A DNA stretch of 60,227 nucleotides, filler included, from Hausera hauseri (Eukaryota): assembly GCA_046269625.1 (NCBI GenBank). It is 10 parts of 10 records of this genome, joined end to end, with 100 filler letters (N's around TTAATTAATTAA, not from the genome) between each part and the next. Parts side by side here need not be neighbours in the genome. Positions count along the whole stretch, not along the records: positions 21,587 to 33,368 come from JBJURY010072216.1; positions 33,469 to 37,620 come from JBJURY010732878.1; 8 more parts are not named here. One strand, given 5' to 3'. The notes beneath the pieces are model-generated. The model ran no database searches. It saw only the letters and a list, made by a program, of their open reading frames with translations, and was not told the DNA's origin. Made by a program: the position numbers and the translations under genes. Shown here piece by piece: positions 24,616 to 36,200 of the stretch. Within the stretch, counting starts at the first letter, position 1; each line of letters opens with the position of its first letter.

Positions 24616-27600
24616 ATGAGCTCATATCAAACGGATATCTATAGAAAACCGTTCAGCCTGGAAGATCCTTATAAGGGAACAAAACACTACGGAATATTGC
24701 GTAAGGCACACGAAACGAAAAGAACAATTGTCCCATATCGTCTCTCTGCAGTCGACGACCATGGAATAATTTATTCACCCAGAATTCCTAGGCCGAACGA
24801 AATACGATCAACATTCTCAAGAGACCATGAGATGCAGAATTTCAGGGACCCAGAAATACAGCCACCAGTTAGAAGTCACGAAACGGAAAACGTCAATTGT
24901 ACGAACAATAAACTGTACCTAAATGAAGAGCTAAGACAGTTAATCGACCAGCCAGTTGCGACCACTGAAGTTAGAATTAACGGCTATAAGGTCTCGACGA
25001 TTCCACACCCAAAGATAGCGCCAAATTGCTATGATACGGTAATCGAAGGTAAACCCTTCGCAAAAATTCACTTAGAAGATTGGGAAGTTTACGCATTGAT
25101 AGAGACAGGATCCGAGATATCACTGATGAAGCATGACTCAATACCACAGTCCCTACGAAAACAAGTATATCCACTTCCCACAACAGACCCAGGGAGCATC
25201 GGGGCTTTTGGACAGTTGTCGAAAAGAAAATTCCGATGGAAGCCAGAAATGAGCATAATGGGACAATCTTTTCACCACGAATTCTCAGTAATTGCACAAT
25301 TAACGGATGATGTGGTATTAAGGTGCGATTTATTGAGACAACTGCCGAATATAGCAATAGACGTCCATGCAGTGGAAAAGTAATAGAATTCGGCCCGATA
25401 AAAGGCGTCAAAACCACCAAGGATAGGCAAATTGGAGAAGTATGGATCCCAGTAGATGAGAACGTTCCACTTAGACCCGAGGTATTAATATATGCTCAGA
25501 TACGTCAAGATGACGACCAACCAGTGTATTTCGAACCAGAGGAATCGTTAAATTCAAGCATCGCACTCAGTAACGTATTAACAAGAGTATCGACGGGCCG
25601 TGTACCTATTAGGATAGCTAATAATGTACCAACTCCGATTAAACTGTATGCCAATACCACTTTGGGTAATACATATAGAGTATCGTCAATAACTATTGAA
25701 GAAAAACCTTACAAATGTGCCGAATTTCCACCTCGCGTTGATACTAAATTTTCATCAGAAGCATACTGTCGATTTTACGAATTACTTTCTCATTATAGCT
25801 CAGTCATCGCGAGAGACGACGAAGACATTGGCAGAGCCAAAGCCTTGAGACTAACAATTCCAGTTAAGAAAAAGCCTGGCTTCAATGATGAAATAGAATT
25901 AGAGGATCAAAAGATGCCGAAATGGTATCCCCTCCGCACTCATTAAGGCCGGATATAACGAAAGAAGTCGAACGAATGCTAAAGGCCGACATAATCAGAC
26001 CAAACTATAGATCTTGGTATTCACCTATTTCATGGTCAAGAAAAAAGGTACCACAAAGCATCGAATTTTGTATTGATTACCGAGCATTAAACACACTTAT
26101 GATGAAAAATTCTTTCACATTTTCATCAGTAAAAGAAGCCCTAGATAGACTTTCCGGAGCTAAATGGTTTACCACGCTCAATCTGCAATCCGGATATTGG
26201 CAAGTAGAAATAGAAGAAGAAGATCGTTATAAAACTGCGTTTAAAACACACAACGATGCATACGAATTTAATGTCATGCCATTAGGGGATAACTACTGGA
26301 CCAGCCATTTGTACTCGAATGAAGAACAAGATGCTAATGGGTCTGGAACATGCGTTCGCGTATCTGGACGACGTAATGAATGCATCAAAGACAGAAGAAG
26401 AACATTTAAGGGATATTGAGGACACGCTCATGAGAGTGGAGCAAGCCGGATTGAAATTAAACCACAATAAATGTAAATGGGCTCAAAACGCTGTATCTTA
26501 TCTCGGACATATAGTTGGAGAAGGAGGATCGAAACCTGATAAATCTTTGTTAAGTAAGATATCAGATTCTATGGAGCCCCAGAATCAAAAAGAGTTGCGA
26601 CACTGGTTAGGTTTATGTGGATATTACGCCACTTAATTACCGGATAATTCAAAAAGAAATGCGTCTTTGTATCGTTTACTTAAAAAGGGAATTAAATGGA
26701 AATGGACGAACGTAGAACAAAAAGCTTTCGACGAAATGAAGAAAATCTTAACTAGCGAACCCGTTTTAAGATACCCTGATTTTAACCTTCTGTTTATAAT
26801 TAAAACGGGTGCTAGTGAAGAGTCATTGGATATGATTTAGCACAAAAACGTGAGGATAAAGAACTAGAACACCCAATCGCCTATGGAGGACGATCACTAA
26901 AGAAGGCTGAAAAGAATTATTCGGTCACGGAATTAGAAACGTTAGCTTTAAAAGACAGAAGATTATAATTGTTACGAATCACAAAGTAGTTACAACTTAA
27001 AAAGGTAGAGCAAATAACCCAACGTGTAAGTTCAACCGATGGATCGAAGAGATCTCACGGTATAACATCGAATTTCAATACAAACCCGGAAGCAAACATG
27101 TCGATGCCGATGCACTATAAAGGCTTAAAACTAAAACGGGCGCAATCACTGTGATGAGAAAGTCTCGGCTCGAAGAACTAGTGGACAGACAACGAGCTCT
27201 AACATTGGATAAAACAATAAAAATTTCTGCTGAACAAAAGAAGGACAACGTTATACAACAAATCATTGAGTTTGTCGAAAATGAAACAATACCAAAGGGC
27301 CACCAATTGCGGAAACATGTACGCAGACATGGTCATAAATACTGCATAACGGGCAACACAAGCCATGAAAATGTACTGTATTATGAGCGGAAAGGCCGGA
27401 AGTTGGTAGTCATACCAAAAGGATTACGCACAGGAATACTAATGGCCGAACATGATTCATACTTAGCCTGACACATGTCATGGAAGAAGACATTAGAAAG
27501 AATATTAAATAAATATTACTGGTCGAACGTATACATCGATGTGAAGAATTGGGTAAGTGCTTGCGAAGTATACGCAACCAAACAAAAAAAGTGAAAAACT

Positions 27601-28560
27601 ACGTTCTCGAACATAAACCAATAAGCGTGCCGGACAGACCGATGCAAGCGATGTCCATGGATATTGTAGGACCGTTACCTATAACTCATAAGAATAATAA
27701 ATACATTCTGACATGTATAGATCGCTTATCTCATTTCGTCGAGCTTGTGTCATTAGTGGACCAAAAAGCTGAGATATTGGCTAAGGCCGTAGTAAGGAAA
27801 ATTATCTGCTGATTCGGACCTCCCGAACAAATTCTGACAGACCGAGGAAGAAACATTACGTGTGAACTATTAAAAAAATTACTAAAATATTTGAAATTGA
27901 AAGATTAACCACAACAGCTTACCACCCGCAATGTAACGGAATGGTCGAACGAACGAATGCAACAGTTATATGGATCCTATCAACAGTATTTGCGAAAGGC
28001 CAGAAGGATTGGGATGAATTTTTCGAAGACACGTAATTTGCCATAAACACTACATCACACACTGCAACAGGATTTACCCCATTTTTATGATGTATGGCAG
28101 AGGCGGTACTACGCACAGACTTAGGAATGATACCATATACAGTAAAAGCGGACGATTCAGAGCAAAATTTTGTTGAAGTATTACAGACGAAGCTACAAAA
28201 GTGTTTGGAAATAGCCAAAGAATTGTCCAAAAAATATCAAGAACAATTTAAAAGGCAAGACAATAAGAAGGCTAAACCACATGATCTAGAGCAAGGAAAT
28301 TGGGTTTATGTACATTACCCAGTCGCAAAGAAAGGCACATCTCTGAAATTCACTCGAACAGGCAGAGAACCTTACGAAGTTATCAGAACCACACCAACTA
28401 CAGTCTATATTAATAAAAATGGCAAAGAGGAGGTCATATCAATACAAAGAGTAGTTAAAACGGAAATAAGACCGAATAAACGCTATAACCTGCACCCAAA
28501 CAAAGAAAATCCAAGTCAAACCAAGAAGGAAAAGAAAACGTCATCGATAGTAACCAGACC
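24616..28560 (+). pseudogene. pol: Gypsy-type pol (PR-RT-RH-IN), copy A, multiple stops/frameshifts
   Basis: ALIETGSEISL, FCIDYRALN, WFTTLNLQSGYWQV, YLDD, WLGLCGYY, HPIAY..YSVTELE, MSMDIVGPLP, ILTDRG, YHPQCNGMVERTN. Confidence 0.95.
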
Positions 28561-29931
28561 GATATATTATGCACAAATAATTCTTGCACTATCGCTAATC
28601 GCTTCATATGTGCTAAAGGCAAAGACACAATGGACAATGGATTTAGTAGAAGTTATCCACGGAGTTATGAAATATTTCCCAATTGAAAAAGAATGACATG
28701 CGGAAAGACGCAAAGATATACAGAATTTACAGTCGCTCAGAGTCTACGATATGAATTGGATCAAGCCTTGCGCCTGGTTCAAGGCAAGTGAATCTGTTAA
28801 GAACCACGCAAAATTTCAAATAATATTTGTGGATCAAACTAGTTCTGCGATGAAGACATGTGATTTTCCGTATGGCGCCTATCAGAGATGTTGCGATTTA
28901 GATTTCGGGCGAACCTATAAATACAAATTTCAAATGTTCTATTATAATCTACCCGGAGCCCAGGCCTATATAATTACCGAATTTGAAATAAGAATGCCTC
29001 AACGCAACGACACAAACCAAGCCAGAACGGACGATATAGTCCGAGATGCCTATCCATTTAAGAGAATCCTAGATTATAACATTATTGGTATCTCTAAAGA
29101 TTTTAAAAACCAATGTATTCGAATTAAGACCAAAATAGAATTGCTGAGAGGCAGACAAATTTCCATCCGATTCATAGCGATACGGAAATCAAACACTCCT
29201 CTGAAATACTGTTATATTGCGCGAGGACAGCAAAATTCGTGCTGCAGAATACCCTTCAAACATGAATACCAATTGCAATTCGATCTGTACAATACTTACT
29301 CAAACGAACCGAGTACCTATCTAAGAGGATACCGTCCAAAGGTCGGAATATGAAAGATTTCCTTTCCAACAACTACGAGAAAACCGTCTACCATTCCAAA
29401 TGCGACTCGTACCACTTATATTCTCCTTTCGAGAAAAATGTCCGAGAGAGCTGAAAAACATGCTTGTTAGAATTTTGGTACGGCATAACAGAATTGTATT
29501 TTATGTTGAGGAAACAGTGGATTACGAAATTAAAATCGAATGTCGCACCTTTATATACCAACCAAATTGTAATCTTAAGGAGGAATAGTCGGGAAATCGA
29601 ATGGAAATCCCTACGATCACAAAATGATATAATGCAAATGACTGAAGATGGTAAAAGACAGAAAACTCTTACAGTACTAAACCTTAACAATGAAGTTCAC
29701 GTAATGCAATATAAAGATACTAGCACCCAACATGCAATTACTACGGAACTTTCTATTGAATCTAATAACTTACCGATAATATCTATATTCAGTTTGTCTA
29801 TTTTCTTTCTTATCATATTAACAGCGACGATTTTCTTACTTTCCAAAAAACGTAATATTCGACGTCAAAATCAACAGAGAGGTAAACGGGTAAAAGGGAA
29901 CCAAGGCGGACTTTATGATAGCATAATCTGA
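28561..29931 (+). pseudogene. Putative type I membrane protein in frame with integrase C-terminus
   Basis: Hydrophobic IILALSLIASYVL, Cys-containing region (28751-29353, same frame after one TGA), then after a frameshift IISIFSLSIFFLIILTATIFLL followed by basic SKKRNIRR. Confidence 0.55.
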
Positions 29932-30033
29932 CAATTACAGATTGGGTTACTCTATCATCAGACGGAGAAAATGTTTTTGTTTCAAAACGATGATCTATCT
30001 TAGGATTGACCTTTATTTTTTTAGCAGAGTAAG

Positions 30034-31758
30034 TATGGCCAAAAAAGCTAGGAATCCAGCACACAGTCCTAGATACGACATCGATGACTTCCTACAGCAG
30101 AATGTGGATGTTCTTAAGCCTCCTTCCAAAAGCTTATATCGTCAAATCAGAGAAAGCCCGAAAAACCAAACTTATGTAGAAATCGATCGAGAGAGCAAAA
30201 TACCAAATGGATTGAAATGTGGCTTAGAGGAAAATCGATTAATCCGATTATATGCAATGCGAAGCTCAAGGGATGCACGAGCATACCTATTGATAGATAT
30301 GATCCCATATGAACCGACACATCAGTAAATGTACATATATGTCGCTGATGGAGAAATACGGCACAGGATCGTAGGACAATCCTGGAGTACTCAAAGTGGT
30401 CAACAATGGAAAATTAGCACATATGAGCTATGTTGCTCTAGCCTCATGGATTACGCTTTGGAGTTCAGAATCGCAGAGCTTCCAACCAAACTTATGTTTA
30501 AATTAACCCCACGAACAGAGGTGATGAGGCCACTACCACCTATACTGTGTATACAAAAGCCCTCAGAGGATGAGATAGAACGAAACGGAGAATCCTTCAG
30601 ACTACTTACAGATGGCAGGAATACTCGAATTCAAGCTGTAAACTATGGAGAAAAGGATGATGGATGGTACACCTCAATCGAAGTCTCTATCCGAAATATA
30701 AATGGAGAAGAGATTATAAACAAAATAATTGCACCTAGAACTAAGGTAAAGGATACATTTCCCGACGTTTCTGGAATTACAAAATTACGACTCGAGGAGG
30801 GTAAAGATATCCAAGAAATTCAAGAAGACATAAGCCATATCTTATATGGATTCATTGTAACCGGATTTAGAGTACACGAGATACTAGAAAGGTTAGGAAT
30901 TCGACAGGAATATATAGCCGGAATTCGTGAATTAAGTCGCAATCCGACAGTCGTAAGTCGAACGGAAAGCATTCTAATGAGAAAAAGAGGATGTCTACTT
31001 CCTCCAGCGTCACGAGAATTCCAATTTAAGATGATATTAGAAGCTATGAATGGTGAACGCTTCCATATCCCTAAACTAATGTCAGCGAGTCAGAGGACGA
31101 AACTCATAAGAGACGTGTATGGTTCTCTACGACGGGAACATGTGTGGAAACCCGGAAACCCTATACAGAATGTGATATCTGATAGTAACCCAAAAATTTT
31201 GATACAGAAATTTCGAAAAGGAATTAGTGAATACCCCATACATAGACAGATTGAACCTCAGGGGCATAATAGCCTCCAAATAACCGTTCAAAACAGCTCG
31301 GTCAAGTTGTCCAAACAGAAGGGATCAAACGGGGATAATCAAGAAACCCTATCGACCAGCCGGAATCGAACCGAATGCGGATCAACCTCTCAAAAAGCAA
31401 CAGAAAGAGTGGAAATCATGGAGTCGAACCTCAGAGAAGACAAAAGACAAAATTCTCCTTCTTCGAAAATAACAGTAGAAAGAAAAAGAAGACCAGTAAC
31501 AACTCTGCCGAACAAATGAAACCGATTGCTAGCAGCCGCACACCGGTTGATAAAGAAGAGACGGAAAATTCCAAGGAGAGACCGAAAATACAAGAAAACG
31601 GAAATTTTAACGAACCGAGAACGCAACCCCTCAGTTATGAACCGCCCAGAACAGAACTTAATGTTCTTCGAAGAAATTGGGAAGAACCGATCCCTATTAT
31701 TGTGGTCAAATTTGGTCAAGTTAAGGAATACACCAGAATGCTCCTAAATGCAAAATAA
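30034..31758 (+). pseudogene. Accessory ORF containing a REX4/ISG20-like DEDDh exonuclease fold (~30626-31120), catalytic residues absent
   Basis: EVSIRNINGEEIINKIIAPRTKVKDTFPDVSGITKLRLEEGKDIQEIQEDISHILYGFIVTGF parallels REX4 RVSIVN..G....D..V.P...V.D..T.VSGI....L..G.....VQ.EV..IL.G.I.VGH; the 29942 and 30329 ORFs are one frame split by a single stop. Confidence 0.7.
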
Positions 31759-31922
31759 AAGAGGCCGTATTTTATGTCTCCACCGTTCCAAGAAGAATCG
31801 TAAGCGGAAACGGATACGCCCGAGAAGACACGACCATTGGCAGATATTTAGCCCCGATATTTCAATCAAAAAACGGAACTAAACGACTAACCCTCCCAGT
31901 AGATACCCAAGTCCGGATTCAG

Positions 31923-32450
31923 TTGAAGAGCCAATATAAGAAGACAGGAATACCAGATCTAGACCAACAGGAAACCGTTAAATGGACATTGATAACCGTA
32001 TTGGATGACTCCAGGAAAAGCTCTATAGACCATAAACAAAACAATTATATAGATGAAAATGTTGTAGATATAGATGGAGGTGAAAAGGATGAATGTCCCA
32101 TTTGTGACGCAAACCTATACCAAGGATTTGTGGTGTTAGATAATAAGGATTGCACCCATAAATACTGTCGGTACTGCTTAGAAACGTGGACCCTGAAAAA
32201 TGGGAAGACGACCTGCCCAGTATGTAGGGCTGAAGCTACGAGGTTGCGTTACTTCTCCAGTAGAGAGAGTAAGAAAATAGTGGAGATATTCCTTCAAAAA
32301 CCTACTTCAGCATACCGCTTCGAATTGCGATCCCCGCGAGATAAGTCTGATTCGGAAGCGGACTTACGCGGACGAATGAATCGATTTCGCGGCACCTCTT
32401 CTGACGCAATGGGTACATCTGAGAGTGCCGTTCAGGTAGAAATGTTGTAA
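31923..32450 (+). CDS. C3HC4 RING finger accessory ORF
   Basis: CPIC-x14-CTHKYCRYC-x12-CPVC. Confidence 0.9.
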   Translation: MKSQYKKTGIPDLDQQETVKWTLITVLDDSRKSSIDHKQNNYIDENVVDIDGGEKDECPICDANLYQGFVVLDNKDCTHKYCRYCLETWTLKNGKTTCPVCRAEATRLRYFSSRESKKIVEIFLQKPTSAYRFELRSPRDKSDSEADLRGRMNRFRGTSSDAMGTSESAVQVEML

Positions 32451-32490
32451 AAGCAATATAATAATTGTACAAATGTAAATCGAAAGTGAA

Positions 32491-33137
32491 AGTAGTATAA
32501 CCGAAAGCAAAAGTAGATATGCATAATGTAAATTTAGCAAGAAATTTAATTATTTAATTGAAATACAGGAAAATTGTTTATTCATTAGCCAGTGCATGAA
32601 ATTACTGAATTCGCTAAACATTCTTGTGAAATTATTATTTATCATTGATGGCCGAATTAATTGGGTGAAAATTGAAAAAAACAAAAAAATATTGATGTGA
32701 AAATTCCTACCAGTTTGATATATAAATGCCTAGATTGTGGCTAGTGGAGAGAGAGAGTAAATTCAGAGCGATCCAAAATTATCGATTGAAGTAAACGTTA
32801 GTGGATTGATTCAGTCGTGAACATTATTCTTTTGACGTGCTATCCTTACGGTTGTAACATCTGGTATTATTTTTAGTTTGTTGAAAATAAATTTGTATTT
32901 AAAATCCTTAATAGTTTTCGTCGCTTTTTACGAGGAACTAGCACTACACTAAGTGTCAAATTTATACTAAAATAAATAGTTAAGTCGAGATTCTTTCAAA
33001 CTTTCAAGCAAATTCACGCAGTACACGCATACTAAAATCAGTACAAACCTTCTAACGAGAACGTTAGAACTTATCTGCTCCCGAAATATCGAATTATATT
33101 CATTGTTATAGTTGGGTGTTGGATAGGGCCCACCTCC
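32491..33137 (+). repeat. Probable 3' LTR of copy A (start tentative)
   Basis: TATATAAA 32719-32726, AATAAA 32886-32891; 33101-33137 matches (30/37) the sequence just upstream of the PBS in copy B (49552-49588, minus). Confidence 0.7.
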
Positions 33138-33138
33138 T

Positions 33139-33273
33139 GTTGAATATCGAAGCGTGATAAAGTTCCTAGTTTTACGCCATGAAAAGAGTGAGCAAATCCT
33201 GAAGTTTCTACAAGAGACTTATGCAAATGAATTTCCCTCACGCACCACAATGTATGATTGGATCAGTCTGTAA
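33139..33273 (+). mobile_element. Mariner transposase N-terminal HTH fragment
   Basis: VEYRSVIKFLVLRHEKSEQILKFLQETYANEFPSRTTMYDW fits the mariner EYR.VIKFL...I...L...YG...PS..TV..W pattern. Confidence 0.75.
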
Positions 33274-36200
33274 GTAGACCGCGTATCTACAATTCCAACC
33301 TCAACGTCATTTGATGATTCTAAGATTGAATTATGCATTAGAAATTTATTATAAAAGTTGGTATAACANNNNNNNNNNNNNNNNNNNNNNNNNNNNNNNN
33401 NNNNNNNNNNNNTTAATTAATTAANNNNNNNNNNNNNNNNNNNNNNNNNNNNNNNNNNNNNNNNNNNNTAATCTTAGGGACGTCAAATCGCTTTTAAGAA
33501 GCGATGGAAAACTATGGAATAATTTATACTGAAGAAAATTTACTATACAACAATTACCAGTTAAGGAATTACAGTACGTTTCGTATCACAACGTCTCGAA
33601 TGTCTTTCTAACGTTCACAGAAGTAAGATTAATTTTCAATTTGATCCAACAGTTAAATTTCTATCGTAAACTTGTAACTCGTAGCTCTCCTTTTTTACGT
33701 CTGTTCCATCCTTTATATAGTTTTTCAATCACGCAATTTGCTCATTGCTATTGAATTTTTATCGATTTCGTCTCTTTATTGGCATTGTTTTCTTCTTTTT
33801 ATATTCAATTTCCTTTTTATGGCACACAATAAATTGTAAAATCTGATTATTTTATGTAATTATCCATTCCATATTAATTACTATTCGTGCAAATTATGAT
33901 TAAATTCTGAAGGAACTGATTATTTACAAACTATTCATTGATGCAGATGATTGATGGAGTTTACGTACAACTTTGTTCTACTAATCTCGTAGTCTACAAC
34001 AAAAATATTTATTGAAATGTACACAGTTGATATAAAGTGACGTCTCCCAGACGTCTTTTTTATTAGGTCAAAATAGATAACAACGTCTCAAGGACATCCT
34101 TTGTTTTCAGTATCAAAACAGACAAATACGTGTGACAATGTTCGATATTATTTATTGCATTTTCAACAAAATACTGTAATATTAGTATATTACATTGTTG
34201 TCTTTATATCGACAAACATCTATGACAGTTATTAGGTAATTATATTTGTATGTGAAAGGGTTAATAAAGTCAAGGGGCACTTTTCTATATCTTAAGACTA
34301 ACAAGGAAATTGTCATTGTAGTGATCAACTTCCAACCATCAGAATTGCGTATCTGAATTCTGGATATGCGTTTTATCAATAATGAAGCCGGGAAGTTGTC
34401 AGAAATATTTCACGGTTTCTGCGTTTGACAACCAAAAAGTAATACAAATTTTGCTTAATTTTTTATATATATAGTTAAAATATGATATGCACAGATATCA
34501 TTTTATAATATTGTTGGCTTCTTTATCCAATTATTTCAATTCTTTCTAAGTTTAAATTTGAAACTGATTGTGCAATAGAATCTACTAGGAATGGTTATTC
34601 AAATATGGAAAGAGATTATTTTATGTATTAATGAGCCTACTTGCGCTTCGGCTATAGACGCTTTATTCAACTGGAAATAATTTATAATATTTACGAAGAA
34701 GAGAAGAACTCAATTCTAATATTTAGATATTTTCATTCTGCAAAAAATATTTTCTGATAAAAATATTTTCTGTCTTCTGGGTCCAAAAATTTTAAATATT
34801 CATAAAAGAAGTTGCTTTTCCAACTGCAAACGAAAAGTTTTTCTAAACTTTGTCAAGAACAATTTAAACTCCAGTGAATTAGAGAATTATATTTAAATGA
34901 AAAGACAATACTGCTGAATGGTAAGATAAACAAAACAATAAAAATACAACAAATAAATAATTGACAGTTAGTAAAAATTACCAAATTCACTTATGGAAAT
35001 TAAAACGCCCGAATAGGACTAATCGCTTTATTGCTTTGAAAATTGAGGGATCCGAAAGAAACGGATTTGTTAAATTGAAGGCAAACTCAAACAAGCATTA
35101 ATCTTTTCAAAATACTTTAAGGGCGCAGTGGCATAACAACTGGCGGTTTAGTTGAGTGCACTATGGTAAATTCATCACAGATTTATATACCTGCTTTGAA
35201 TCGTGGTGGTTTTTAATGTTACCTTTTTGGAAACTTTTCGTTGGTGTGACTATCCTTATCGTCTTATTTTTATTATAATAAGGTTTATTTTACACTGTTC
35301 GTTTTTGGTAACTCATAAATTATTGCTTTTGTGTACTTTTCTAATTTTTAACTGTTTGGGTTGTGGGTTGCCATCATAGGTGATAGATTGAAAAGATTAT
35401 GACTAATTGTTTCTCTTTTAAATGTAGTAGGTTACTATTGTGTTGATTGATCACTCAAGAGCTTCAAAAATATTGTCCGAATCATTATAAAATTCATAAA
35501 TTGTTAAATTTATTCACATACAAGTTTTGTTCTAAACCATCAAGTTTAATCATAGAAGAACAGCAAATTCACTTAACTACCAGAATTTATAACCGTAACT
35601 ACGCATATTACAGTGAAGCCGCTGTTGTATAAAATACTCTAATTCTACTTTGGATTTGTCATAAAAACATCTTTTTATCTAAACTACGCACATTATCTGA
35701 AAAGATTATTTTACTAAATTCATCCATGAATCTTAAAATGTCCTTAATCTTAAAACACTTAAAAATCTGAATTGGTTCTGAAACCCTAACAATATTATAT
35801 TTTAGAAATTGGTACAATGAAAAGAATTTTTGATACTAATTGGTTTCACGCTAAATAGAAAATCAGGCATCAAATAAAAATTCTCAAATCAGTTAAATTA
35901 TAATAAAAAGTAACATCGCCAAAATTACACCGAATTTACAGAAACTTATTTTGACACATGCAATAGCCATATTGTCCATGGCAGTTTTTCCAATAATTTG
36001 TACATAATTAAATTTCCCACAATCTGTATGTATTAAAACTTCCCACACTAAATTCGGAAACATCCCATTTATTTCAATTGAGTAGTGAGCAACGACAAAT
36101 CTAAATATAAATTCTTTTTGTTTCTTTAAGAATAAACAAGTGCCGTGAACAGTGGTATGGTCATTTTGCCCGACTATTGTTATTGTTGCGTTTTTAAAAT

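Larger units (their letters stand above)
21587..33137 (+). mobile_element. Large Ty3/Gypsy-type element, copy A: (gag-side ORF)-chuvirus-like env-PR-RT-RH-IN-membrane protein-exonuclease-like-RING-3'LTR
   Basis: All ORF fragments on + strand with uniform A-rich skew; colinear with copy B at 42073-46050. Confidence 0.9.
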
